The notes under the pieces are model-generated. The model had not been told where the DNA came from, did no database searches, and saw only the letters and a list, made by a program, of their open reading frames with translations. Of a stretch of DNA of 64,000 nucleotides, positions 50,150-63,608 are shown one piece after another (position 1 is the stretch's first letter; each line of letters begins with the position of its first letter). Source of the DNA: Dicyema japonicum. Lineage: Eukaryota; Animalia; Dicyemida. The translations under genes and the position numbers were made by a program. The stretch lies in contig RDEW01000003.1 in the NCBI GenBank assembly GCA_011109175.1, positions 1,484,429 to 1,548,428 of the forward strand, read 5' to 3'.

Positions 50150-52265
50150 CTATTTACTTACAAAAATTACAGATTTATTACTCATTCCTTTCACAGTCGA
50201 AAATATGTCCTTTCTAATTAAATTCGCAACATCATCCTTTATATAATTTTCACGTCTGATGTGTTTCACATATTTGTAAATTAACAAAATCACCAAAAAC
50301 AATAACCCCAAAGACACGACGGCAATCAAAACTCTAGTTTTTAGGGTTTCCGTGAATACTAATTTGTGTGCTTTTTCTTTTTCGATTCTTACATACGTTT
50401 TATCCGTGAAATTCAAATTTCCACAATCAACTGCGACGATGATTAACGTGATTTTAGTGGATGAAAGACTAGAACAGTCGATGCAATAAATCCTCCCATT
50501 ATCCACGTGAATAATAACGATTTCATTTCGGTCCGTAGATACTTGCTCAATGGTATATTCGGTCACATTATTCGGGGAAATATCTCTGTCCACCGCAATG
50601 ACTATTCCCAGAAGTTCTGTAAAGTTATTGACTTTAAAAAAATATTCTTTACTAGGAAATAGTGGGGGATTGTCGTTAACATCGGTTACTATCAATTTGA
50701 TTTTGTATTCGTTTACATAAAACATGTATAAATCCTCTTCCTCTCTATCAAACGATACTTTTGAGTATAATCTCCCCCTTTCTATTTTAATGAACTGATT
50801 AGAAAATGTCTCATTTTCAGTAAATGTCTTCATTTTCCCTATAAAGTGTCCAATTGGAGAGTTCTCGGATACTCTAAATGTATATTCTTGGTTATAATAA
50901 GTTCCCCCAATATTAAATCTTTCAATAAACTCAAGTTTCTGTGATTTTGAATCATCAAGACATGTTATCTTGCATGTGATATCATTGGAATTATTATTTA
51001 TCACATTACTGAGAACGATATACTGTCTCAGTCTGTGAGTATAAAGTAATCTCAGAGATATATCATCAACAGAACAGCTCATGTAGCCCATCGACATGAA
51101 TTTTGGTTGGTATATCACAAAATATGCTAAGGGAATACTGCGTGGAATGGTTATGGGTACTGTTTTTCTTTTAAATTTGAAGAAAATGGTTGGAGTTACT
51201 TGCTTAACAAAGTCTAAATAAATTATTGCCTTTGAAGTGGTCTTATCTGAGGGACCTAGTGCATCCCAGGCAATTAGACTGAGAATATAATAATTAATCA
51301 ATTTTGTCTCGATTTTGTTAAAGCAAATAAGTCCTGTCGTCTAATCTAATAATATATAAATTACCGCGTTTATGTTGAACACATCTCTGTAATACCACGG
51401 AGTTGAATCAGATATACTATATGACACGTGGTTGTCCAAGTCTTCGTCAATTGCATGGACGAACCCAATTGGTACGGAATTATTAAAAAGGCTGAATTTG
51501 GTGTGGTTTAATGTAAAAAAATATTGGGAATAATCGAATTTAGGGGAATTATCATTGACATCCACAATATTCGCGTGAATTATCATTGAGCCAGATTTTG
51601 AAGGAGTTCCCTTGTCGTAAGCAGTCAATAAAATGAAAATGTTCTTTTCCTTCAAACAATTTAAATTTACCACCTTTTCGTAATCAAACATTCTAGTGGG
51701 ACTAATATACATTTGCACATTTCCATGAGAATCATTCACAAATTTCAATATAAATGAATCAGTGTCGTTTATGGTATAATTAGATATCCCATAGTGCTGA
51801 TCGAGGTCAATGGCTGGGGCAAGTCGGAAAAGATCTCCAATTGTATTCTCAACAATCTAACATCAAAATTACTCTTACGTGAATTTTAAATAATTTTGTT
51901 GAAAAGTATGGAAAGTTGTCGTTTTTATCAATTACAACCAAGGATGCTGATATTGTGATATTATATGTGAGATAAATCTGCATCTCTAGAGAGCACTCAA
52001 GTTGGCCTTTCAAATTTGGACAAATATCCTCTCTGTCGAACGTTTTAGTGGACTCGATGTCACCACTATGCGAATCGACAGTAATGAAGCCGGAATATGT
52101 GATTTGTCCAGGACCTATTAGAATTACTGTTGGAAAATTTAGCTTTTTTATATGAGGGAAATCTGAAAAAATATTTCCTATAATAATTTTTGGGGGCTCC
52201 TCTTCGATAATTGAATAAGTAACTGTAAATTGTAGAGTTTTCAGAAATAAGCAGAATTGCAACAT
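50150..52265 (-). CDS. Protocadherin-like single-pass membrane protein
   Basis: YSIIEE..IIGNI, FDREDIC (EC1), three DxNDN linkers, AxDxG motifs, TM VLIAVVSLGLLFLVILLIY, short tail; short introns. 3' end may be spliced. Confidence 0.88.
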
Positions 52266-53069
52266 TTAATTAAGAGTTTCGTGCTGGGTCCGTTATAAAA
52301 TGATCGGACACATAAATCAATATTTTTTATCTTTAGAAGAAATTGTTTGAAAGTGAATATTTTAGTTTCAAAAAGCCACATGACAACAAATGAGACCACG
52401 CGGCAAAATATTTGAAAAGTTAATTTATTATAATTAAATTAATGGATATTTGTTATTAACATTAATTTTAATGTTTCATTAATTAAATTATTTTATTAAC
52501 GTTTATTATGTTTCATTAAATTACATTTTGAGACAAACAAAATTTTATTAACATCATCGACAATAGGTCATGCAATGTGAATTTAATTAGCTTTGTTTGT
52601 GTAAATTATAGTAATTGCTTGTCATGTGCAGCCGTCTTTAATTAATTTTCTTATTTAATGGATTTTTGTAATTTTATTATATTTGGAATATTTAGGACAC
52701 AAATATTTTTTGAAACTAAGACAATTGATGGATTAAGGATTTTTAGAGTCCTTGTTGTGATTGTCTTAGTTGGATCTCTAGGCGATTTGAAATGTCAGTA
52801 ACAGGTTGTCAACATTCATGACAAATCTAATTATCTATTTTTTTAAAGACCACGAATCATCAATAAGATGATCCTGGTTTCTTTCAATACCCTAATCTCT
52901 CAGTGTTTCTCTCGAAATCTCAAGCACTATCTGCATTCTCGTGTCACATGTGGATGTTTTGACAAAGGTAGTTGTCATTTGAGAATTTTACGAGTGATTT
53001 CTTATTTACATATCTCCTTATACTGGGCAAATAAATACAATATCTTATAATTCTAATTAACAAGACCGA

Positions 53070-53500
53070 CTAAAGCAAGTTGAAGTATGACTTGCTAGCA
53101 AATGAACTTTCGCTGCTCTATGAATGCCAAGTGAAGATTATTCCAGTGGTTTTGACATGGGATGGAGTTGTCTCAAAATGCTTCAAGAATCATATGGATA
53201 AATTATCTATTGAAGAATCAACGAGGACTTACATCCAATCGGTTGTGCTGAAGAGAACGCTCGAAAGTATGCTCATTGAACATAAGCATGGGATTAAGGT
53301 ATACGATGAAGAGTACGCCTCTGCTACCTCCCAACTTGTGGAACTGGCATGCCGTGAGGACAGCCCACTGGACTCTAATGGAGATATTTTGACTGAATCT
53401 GATGTCGAGATGCGGAGTAACAGAGAGGTTATGGCACATTCTTCTTCTAAGAGAAGAAGAGGGATTACCAACAATCTGGATTAAAATACGCTTAATTAGT
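53070..53500 (+). mobile_element. R4/Dong-like retroelement C-terminus (restriction-like endonuclease)
   Basis: KYDLLANELSLLYECQVKIIPVVLTWDGVV...YIQSVVLKRTLES. Confidence 0.7.
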
Positions 53501-54542
53501 TGATTTACTCGTTATTGTCTTAAAAAATAATTCAATTCTAATTATATTAAAAAACGAGAAAACATTTATTTACTTCCGATCCCTTCAAGTGAGGAAACCA
53601 GTGACTAATAGGTAATTGACTACAAAGAGGGAACGCTCCATGAGACCCGTCAGGTGCATCTGGTGTGGCACAAAATCGAAGGTGCACCCGTACAAAAGTA
53701 GACAGCATTATGGGATATCTAATATTCTAGTCATCTAGAAGACAGAGAAGGAAAAGTGGTATCAGATTCTGTTCGAATAGGATTGTAAATCCATGTGTTT
53801 ACACAACAGAGGTACGCAAAGTTGACATGAGCTTTCCCTTATGAAGTTCCGCTCCTGTCTTGTGCGAAAGACGAAAGTATTGAATAAAATAATACGTTAA
53901 AATGATTTTAATCAGTAATGAATACAAACAACATCATAAAATTAATATTTAATGTGAAAATGGTTTATCAGTTGATGTACCTAAAAAATTTATTGAAAAT
54001 TACTTTTTGCATCACAAGAGACAATTTTAAGAGTGTCCGCATTTACACAATCTGATGAATCTCTTAGATCCACATTTTCTAGAAAGAATGTCCAAACATT
54101 ATCACAAAAACGATATGTATTAAGTTTACCCTAAATAACTCATAGAAATACCCTTATAGAAACTCGATTACGGACTTTAGAAATCAATGTGTGATTTATA
54201 GACTTGTCGAATTGAAGCAGAATTTTGTCCGCCATAGAAGCTGTTATCTGACCATCCTAAAATATCAATATTATTTAAACATTTATCAAATCTTCCAAAG
54301 TTTCTTGGAGGCATATTCCAACTGTAGTTGTACGATAAAGCTGATAAGACATAACAAGCAAACAAAAAATCGTAACGCTATTTAAATTTAAAATTATTAA
54401 ATAAATTCATTAAATATTTTAATTATTTTAAATTTATTTTACTTTATTAACCTTGGGTCTTATTTTACTTTATTTTACTATATCCTTATTTTACTTTATT
54501 TTACTTCATTATTTGACAATTTTTTTAATTAAAGAAATTTTT

Positions 54543-55620
54543 GCGTGGCGTTATGTGGTTTACCAATTCTGTAAGTATTGGTAACTCCCAAAGGGCATCT
54601 AATGTTCCTCCAAAGAGAACCATTAAATGTTTACCTCTGAGGATATTTTTCCCGGCGGCACGCACTTTCAGCTACACGTTCTACAACTAAGTGTCAATGG
54701 AGTAAGGGGCAAAATATTGGAACTGTGCTCTTTCCTGGTCAAGCTGACGATCGATGTGGCTTTGATTAAAGAGACGAAACTCCCATTAAACATCCCTACC
54801 CCGTTGTTTCCTGGATACAAGTCAATACGACTAACCGGAAGAAGTGGGTGGAGGCCTACTTATTATATCGGAAAGACCTTAAATGTGTGGACATCACTTC
54901 AGTTGTGTAGAATATTTTAAGAGACGACGATGTTACTGAAATTAACGCAATCTCACTTGGAAATTTAAAAATTATCTTAGTAAACATCTACGTGCCTCCA
55001 TTTGGTTTTTATCCGAAGCACTACGCTATGCCCAATTTATCCACTGTGGCTTCCTTGAACGACGCAATCATTGGTAAAGATATCAGAGCCAAACACCCTC
55101 AGGCTCGAAAGTCAACTATTCGATACAAGAGGAAAAGTACTATCATCGCAGACAGGCCCTTTCACGGTCATGACCCGTCAAACATACAGATCAACTAACT
55201 TCCCTAGACATCACGCTTTGTTCTACCGGCTTGGCAGCAATATTGACCTGGTCGGTCACTTACAACTCAAAAAGTGACCACAATCCTATTCTTCTTAAGA
55301 TCAAGAGAGAAACTAACTGAGAGGAGGTCTTCAGAACAATTCAACTACAGACGTGCAGAATAGAGACTTTACCATCACTTACTGACAAACAACCTATTGC
55401 AGTAGCTTTACCTAGATGGCAGTACTTCCATGGAAAAAGAATTCGTTTATGTAAACCGCACTATCTTGGATGCGAGATCACTATCTGTGCCTAAACACTA
55501 CCTTAACTACGCCAGGTGATATGGTAGGTCTGCATTAATCAAGGAAAGAAACCGACTCAAAAAGTCTGCACGATTAACTACTGAGGATAAGCGTAGACTG
55601 AAGGCTTTGAACAATTCTTC
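54543..55620 (+). mobile_element. Divergent Ingi/Vingi-like LINE 5' region; pseudoknot at 54547-54622
   Basis: GCGTGGCGTTATGTGG head; LQLSVNGV, LIKETKL, NIYVPP (APE). Confidence 0.7.
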
Positions 55621-55940
55621 AGCGTGGCCCATGTGGTGCTACGTGGCTAATTGGTTGAAGTTCTCTGATTGTTTTGTTTGTTCCTCCCCTTTCCCTTCCA
55701 ATTATAGTGGCGACATGTGATCCACCTGTCTAGGTGGCTTCCAGTGCCAGGCCGGCACGAAAAAGGATCATTTGCTCTCCCCCACTCCACTGGAGGGGTT
55801 TCCACAACTGCATGTATGGACGTCATTTACCCTTTATGCTGATTCCGGATGGACTCTGTAGAAATGGAAACTGGATACACTTAATTAGTTGTTTACTTTA
55901 ACTTCTTTCTCGGTGTATCCGGGGTTAATAAATTAAATTA
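55621..55940 (+). mobile_element. SINE-A copy; pseudoknot at 55709-55770 with P1 disrupted
   Basis: High identity to other SINE-A copies. Confidence 0.88.
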
Positions 55941-56169
55941 ATTAAAACTGGCTAATTAAAGTCACCTCAGGGCATTCTCCTGTTAGTTACCATTGTATTA
56001 TATTTTATTAAGTTTTAGGGTTTAGATATAATTACTCTGTCATTGTTTATCATTTCCCAAAATTCTACGTTTCCTTCAGTTTTTACGATTATTCAGGTTT
56101 CTACTTTAATTCCTGCTGAGATATAATCTTTCTTTGTTAGCAGGTTTTAAGTGCATTTGTAAGTTAGAG

Positions 56170-58080
56170 AGTATACGCCGGATTTCTAAATCAATAGCTT
56201 CGAATTCACGTGGTTCAATGTCGATGAGCCCAATATAATAATTATATAGCGAGAGTGCGTATTCATTATCTCTTTAAACAAGTTTACAGCGTTTAATTTC
56301 GAATTTGCCAACTTCTCTATCCTTTTCTTCACATTTTCAGCAATTTTTTCCATAATTTTGTCCTTCATAACCTTACTCCCTTTATCTTCTAACACTCCAA
56401 GATAGCGATATCCCTCATAGTCATCCAGATAACTTGATCTTTGGCACATTTCAGATTAGTTGCAGACTTTTCACAGTTTCTTTTAACGCCAACAACACCC
56501 AGATATTCATCAATATCCTCCATCATTTTTAGAATTGTATTTTCACATTCGGCAATTATTTTCAGGTCGTCAATAAAGAAAATGGTTAGTCGTCACAATA
56601 GACGGATCACTCTGATCAATACATATCTTCGGGAATTTTATATTTAATATTCGGCTTAGTGGGTCCATTACCAGAGTAAACAGCTGAAGAGAGAGTGAGT
56701 CTCCTCGTAAGATTCTTCTCCCGAGTTTGACCTTTCCAATTCTTTTTTTGTTAAGGTTCAAAATAACATTCCACTTGCTTATTAGATTCTTGATAAACTT
56801 CACAATCCATTCAGGAACTCCAGAGCTATCAAGAACCCGACACAAAAATTCATGATTGACAGAATCGAATCCTTCTTCACATCGATCTATGTTGTGAATA
56901 AGCTATTTCCATGTTCAGCATTAACACACTGATTTATTAAAGCCTGCTCTTTTGCACCTTGGCACTGCCTTCTTGCTCCAAGCTGATTATCCGAGATAAG
57001 ATTGAACCCTTCAATATAATCCGTAAGTTTTGTATTAACACATTTTGTGACAAGTTTGTACAATATGGGCATGCACGTAATTGGTCGTAAGTCATTCGGA
57101 GACAGCAGTCTTCTTTTTTCGGAATGAGGTACGTAATCCCTGATAGAACCATTCTTTCAGGCAATATTCACCACTCACTATCTTGATAATCTCTTCACTC
57201 TGATAACTATGAAGAGAATCAAATTTCTTGACAAAAAATCCATATACTCCATCACAGCCAGAGCTCTTCCAATTCGGCGTATAGTGAATAATGTTCTTAA
57301 CGAACTCAACTGTCATATCTAACGGTAACTCCTCCGCTCCTGTTATTCGCCTCCCAACAATATTTCTGTGAAAATAATTCTGATCCTTTTCCAATACATC
57401 TTTCCAAAATGACACGCACTCATCTTCTGTAACTTTACAATCACTATTATTGACGTCATCGTTGAGCCTCCGATAAAACCTCTTTTTGATCAGCTCAAAA
57501 CATAAATTATCTCGTCTAAAGGATTTTCTTGATTCATGAATTGAGATTTTTTTCTCCATGATCTTGATTTTATCTTCAATTAGGGTAGAAATCCTTTTCA
57601 GTTCTCCCTTCTTTGATTTCTTGTATCCAAACGAGCACAAAACATCAAGCGTTTTCTCCCTTTCTTCCCTTGACTGCTTCCCAGTAAACCCATAAACTAA
57701 GGCGCAATTTTCTTTGAATTTTGCAATTCTCTTTCCACGTTTTCCCTCCAACAGCTTTTTACTGATCGCTTCTTTGTCAAAAGCATCAATTATGTCAGTT
57801 ATCTCATTCATGTCCGTTGGAGGAGATGATGACACATAATTTAATATCACTCCATTTAATGTAGTAAGAACATCCTTTTTAACCAACTTATATGGAATCT
57901 TTTGTGTGGGTTTCCTTCCATCTCGGGGAACTGATTTAACTCTCAATTTGAACATACATTCTTCTTTGCATCTTCCATACATGGAAATTTCTGTTTTTGG
58001 TAAGTTGTTCTCTGAACCTCCTGATCCGATTAAAGTATCTCGACTTTTCTGGTCCACGGGTGTCTTTTAAATTGGCTTTA
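56170..58080 (-). mobile_element. R4/Dong-like retroelement ORF remnant (RT)
   Basis: NWKSSGCDGVYGFFVK, GITYLIPK, MPILYKLVT, NQLGARRQCQGAKEQALIN, GDSLS.QLF, HFLFIDDLK, YRYLGVLE. Confidence 0.8.
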
Positions 58081-58598
58081 CATTCAATAATTTTTTTACG
58101 CCGAGTACACTTTTTTAAGTGGAGAAACGAGCATTGAATTGCTAGACGATGAGACTACATCCTCCCCGAGGGATTCTCCCGAATCTCCTTTTCGCAGAGT
58201 TGACAACCATTGAGATCCATTTGATACTGTCACCTGATCGAATCTCAGTGATTAATGCTTTGAGGGACAGCAGATGAGCAGGAACATTTCCCACAGGAGA
58301 TCGCATGCTAGTTCCATTGGCCTCATGTAGTCCTGAAGACACACTTCTCACTTCTAATTAATTTCTATCTTCAATATTCTCTGTAAGACGACTCTCAGGA
58401 TTTGTTTGCAAACTGGTGAAAACAGACATGCACAGCACCACTAGAACAAAAATTATATTATTAAAATTTAGAAAACAATTAAATTTTGATATTTTTCGTA
58501 TGTGATGTTTCCTCATCTATCACGTTAATTATGCTTTCAGTAGATTTTAAAGATGGATTTATAATATTTATTACAGTAATTTTTGTCCTCTTTATGAA

Positions 58599-60315
58599 AC
58601 GTGGCGTCATGTGGTTCACCTTTTGTGGTGGCGCTCAGTGTAGTAATACACCAAAAGAACCATTTCCTCTTCCCCATCCAGACTCCTTATGCCTGGATGG
58701 TATACCTCAACTGGAAACTCGAGATATGCAACTCAATGTTAACGGAATAAAAACAAAGATTCTGGAGTTACGATGTTTATTAACGATGCACAAGATTGAC
58801 ATCTGCCTTATCCAGGAGTCAAAACTTTCTACAAAGAGTACAACCACTTTTTCCTGGATACATCTCTATCAGAAAAGACCGCATTGGACGTTGTGGCGGC
58901 TTACTTACAATTATTAAAAACGGTTTATCTTTCCACGATGTGAGCTCGCAAGTGGATGATTTAATTCTACACGACAAGACCGCGGAACAAATTTCTATTG
59001 ATCTTATTAATGGGTCAGAACATCTTATTCTAATCAACATTTACATTCCACCGCCAGGATCCTGTCCTAATAACTATGTTCCGAAACTCGATAAACTACA
59101 AGAAATTCGAAATGTGTTACTATGTGGGGATTTCAACGCCAAACATCCACAATGGCTCAGTACCCAGTCGGCAGACAAGAGGGGGAGTCTAATTATCGAA
59201 TCTCTCGAAAAATGGTGATTCTGAATCACCCGAACATCTTCACAAGGACACCAGTCCGGAGAAATGACTGCCCAACCTCTCCGACATATCCATTGTTTCC
59301 TCTAGGATTGCCCCGAAGATTTCATGGAACGTCTCCTACGATATTCATAGTGATCATAATCCGTTTATATTAAAACTGAGCCAATTCAATAACTCACGTG
59401 GAATTAAAGCAACCTTCAAGGTCTACAAGAAAGCTGACTGGTCGAATTTCAAGCTCTTCATTGACCATAACCTAATACATTTTAATCTCACCTCATTTTG
59501 CTCTATCGACAAAGCAGTGGACCATCTAAACCATGTAATCCTTCAAGCTGGAAAATTGTTTGTACCACGTGCAGTCTACAGATCCTACAAGCCTACTCTG
59601 GACTCGGAGACTCGTTTTCTCGTCAAACAAAGAAACTCCCTGAAGATGAATCATCTGCAAACCTCTTCTGATATGGAAAATATAAAATGCTTAAATCAGA
59701 GAATTACAAAGCTCATCAGAGAAAAGAAAGATAGGGCGTGGAACCTCCTATTATCGTCTATTGGACATATGAAATCACGAGTATTTTATGGAAAACTAAT
59801 CGTCGATTCAAGCTAAACTTATCAGATGGATCAGAATCTTTTTCTGCTCTAAATACTGTGCAAGCTAACAACCTAATGAAATATTACGTATCCATAAGTC
59901 ACAAGACTTTTCGAAATCCCATTCTTGTCACCTTCGGAATTTAATGCCTAAACTAAGTTCGTGGATAAATTTATTTACGCATGCCGAGGTCACACAGGCT
60001 ATAAGATCGATGAAGAGATCTTATACGTGTTGTCCTGACGGCATTCCGGAATTTTGCTAAAACACCTTGGTAATGTTGCAATCAATTCAATTACGTCAAT
60101 TTTTAATTTGTCTTCTAACATGAACGTTATCCATGCAAATGGAAGAACTCACTTATAATACCAATCATAAAACCAGGAAAACCAAAAACCTTACCTTCTT
60201 CCTACCGTCCAATATCATTAACGTGCGCATTATCGCGCCTAATGGAGAAACTCGACTCTGGAAAATTAAACCCCATTTGCCCGACTGCCACTTTTCAACA
60301 TGGTTTCAAATGTGA
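58599..60315 (+). mobile_element. Ingi/Vingi-like LINE 5' half; pseudoknot at 58603-58662; 2A region deleted
   Basis: Collinear with 30988-32050; LIQESKL, NIYIPP, CGDFNAKH (APE); ends in the RT N-terminal region. Confidence 0.85.
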
Positions 60316-60445
60316 ATTAATTTTAATGATTATTTCAGCTTGTCTAGTTTTAAAAAAATATATTAATAATATCATATTTACCTAATTTCCAAATTCCTGG
60401 ATAGGCAATGGTAAAACTGGAGCTAAGAGTGACTATCAAGCTGCC
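60316..60445 (+). repeat. Dispersed direct repeat (second copy ~61530-61650)
   Basis: AATTAATTTTAATG.TATTTCAGCT...TATATTAATAATATCAT...GAGCTAAGAGTGACTATCA in both. Confidence 0.7.
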
Positions 60446-60821
60446 CGATCAGCCTGATAAACTTTGCTGTGCTAAAGGCAAGTTTGTTTAACTTGGAAGC
60501 AGATCACTAACCCTGATGAACTGTATCGGATCGCCTATCGCACTGTGAAGAATCTAATTATACTGCAATATTGAGTGAGCTATTGAAACACTCAAAAATT
60601 ATCGAAAAAGAGAAAATTTTAATATAGAGAAAATATGTGCGGTCAACAAGACACAGCTTTATTAGGAAATTAGACCGTTAGCTAACTATGGGTTATGAGG
60701 AGATTAAGTTTCTTTCCATACCAATTCCTTTTTTGATAACTTCCAATTATTAATGTAAAATTCAAGCAACTTAAATTGTTGACATTCCAAACTTAACACG
60801 CCCAGTTGGTAAGTGAAAAAT

Positions 60822-60890
60822 GACACCGCTGGGATGCGAACCTGCGAGCCCGCAGTCTTGATGAGACCCTGACCGGATACAGTTTAGTGT
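60822..60890 (-). pseudogene. tRNA-like sequence (degenerate tRNA or SINE head)
   Basis: GCAGGTTCGCATCCCAGCGGTGTCA followed by TTTTT; arms do not fold cleanly. Confidence 0.3.
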
Positions 60891-62179
60891 TTTTTTGATA
60901 TTAAAAATTAAGATTAAAATAAAATAAATTTAATATCTTAATTAAAATAATTTTATAAATATAAAATTTATATTCTAATTTATATTATTTCTTATATAAC
61001 ATGGAAATATTGTGGAGTAAATTAATATCGGCTCTGGGCATTTTCCTGATCTTAATAAATGTATTATACTTTTTAAGTTTTAGGTTTTACAGATAATTCT
61101 TATACCTTGTGTTTTTATCCATTACCAGGGATATTACATTATTCCAAGTGTTATAAGTGCTCAGTTTGGGATTTCACTTCCCTTTACGATTATTCAAATC
61201 TTCGTGTTTACTGGAAGTAAGAGAAAAGGAATATTGATAGCAGTTTTAATAATATAAAATCTAGGCTACAATTTTATTTTTGATTTTTTTCACATTTAAT
61301 ATTCTCCTTTCCATCGTGGCAATTACGTCTGATGAAGTATTTGAAGAACTGAACCCTTTAGCAATTATTATTGCAGTAATTTAATTATATTTTTAGGCAT
61401 CAATATCGGGTTTAACTGTTTCATTTTTAATCACGAGTTGTTTGATGATTCGAGAAATAGTCATCATTAATCGAGCAGCCAGAAATAAAGATTCTTAATT
61501 AATTTTAATGGATATTTCAGTTAGATTCTTAATTAATTTTAATGGATATTTCAGCTTTAAAAAATTATATTAATAATATCATGTTGACCAAATTTCCAAG
61601 TTCCTGTATAGTCAATCGTGATAATAGAGCTAAGAGTGACTATCAGGATAGCTAAGAGTTTCTGTCAAACAGATCCCACCAGTAAGGTGATGAGTCCTAT
61701 CTGACATGACACAGTGTTTGAAAGTGATCTTCCTACTTTTATCCCTGTCCAACTCCATTGGTGAAGATTACTGTTATGAAATTCTTCCACCTGTAAATAA
61801 AGTGATGTCCGAGACTGTATGACGTGCGATGAAAATGGAAGAGAGCGACTTACTTCTCCGTCGTTCTTTGGAAGCGGAAGAACCTGTAATTTTTTGCAGT
61901 TTCTTAATTCCTGTCTAATCAAGGAGTGAAGCAAGTCCCTTTCAAATTAGCGAACGAAAATCATAGCCAGCGACGAACGCGCAGAAATTTGACTCCCAAG
62001 TAGATTCAAAGATTCCACTGTCTATGGTCCCATGGCGCCGGAAGTGTGGAATAAACAGTATTCCATCTGGGTAATTGTACAGCAGTTAAACTATTTATAT
62101 CGCAGTGTTACTTATTGGTAATGTTTATATTTATTAATAAATTTTTTAATGAAAACAATTTATTGATGATGTTATAACA

Positions 62180-63451
62180 CAGTGGTTCTTTTACCGCCTT
62201 CCATTTTGAGATATCTCCGCACATACGAAAATTTCGAATATCATTTCATAATTAATTTATTTCGCTCGCTTCTCAATAAATAATCAAGTGAGCTGTATCC
62301 TTTTTCAACAAGATATAAAGTTGGAAAGTACAAGATTATCTGAGAGATCGAATACACAATTTTGGAAACTATTCTTTAATTCTTCCAAAACTGATAAATT
62401 GAGGTATTTTGAAGGTTAATTTCATAACATGTATTATTTTTAAGGTCTATTAATTCCTCCATCAATCAGAGTTTAAAATTTTGGAATTGAACTGATCAAT
62501 CATCCACTGAGGAATATCAAAATTAATCCTGAAAACGAAAAAGAAGTTCAGCTTTGAGTGATTATAAGTGTGATGTACAAATTTCCTGATTCATATTCTC
62601 TGCAACTTTTGTCAAATTCAGTGAAAAATTTTATTTTCTAGGAAATATTAATAATATAGGTCGATTTTATCCATAAAAAATCTATTATTTTAGCATTCAT
62701 TAATACTTGATCTCTTTGTAACATCAAAGATACCTAAAAGTAGTCTTAATCTCTACTAACCTCATTAAGTTATAAATAAAACCCAACTCAATATTTAGTC
62801 AATTCTTCGACGGATGGAATCATTGCTGACTGGAATTTTTCATGATTTCCTGATACCCACAACATTCGATAATATCAATTTCAGTAATGGAACAATCACC
62901 GACTCTCCAATCGTATGGCAACAGTCTGTTTTCGCGACCAATTCAGATATTTTATAGGTTTTCAATCCCTCTAAAGCAGAGGTTTTCAGAAAATAATTCT
63001 CGAGGCACACTAATCGTAAAAAAATCCACGGGACACATGAAAAATAAAAAATTAAATTTTTTCGGACACGTAAAAATGAGGACAAAATTGGTAATTTATT
63101 GGGCAAATTTTTATTAATATAAAACAACAACAATAAATTAGAGAATGCGGCAAGAATTGTTAATTAAATTATGCTTCACTAAAAACAAATATAAATTAGA
63201 AAAAACATCAATAATGTCGGCTTGGTCAACTTTGGATGGTTGGCTGTGTTAATTTAATTATTGATTGTATTTCATAAAAATATATTTCCAGATACAACAA
63301 ACGAGACAGTTCTCCCCTAGTTTTGACAAAGTATTATTGCATATTAGGCAATGAGCTAAAAATCACACCGCCCAAACTTAGAATTCCACCGCCCAAAAGT
63401 AAAAATCCCAACGCTTAATTTGGGCGATATCGCTCAGGTTGAGAACCACAG
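62180..63451 (-). mobile_element. hAT (Buster/Charlie-like) deletion derivative
   Basis: Ends CAGTGGTTCT / AGAACCACAG; flanks TTATAACA / TTATAAAA (7 of 8); internal 'YKISELVAK..CHTIGESVIVP'. Confidence 0.7.
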
Positions 63452-63608
63452 TTATAAAAAGTCTCCATTATGGCCTGCAGGCACTCAGTAATAAATTTCC
63501 ATGAGAACCAATAAACAATTAATAGTATTAATAGCCACGGAAAGAGCTAATTGTTTTTGCTTTGAAAAATAGTCAAATAAATTTAAGTGTCACTCAAAAC
63601 ATTCATAT

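Noticed and set aside
58100-58450. HDV-like ribozyme at the 5' end of the R4-like element
   Set aside because: Could not assemble consistent P1/P2/P3 pairings by eye.
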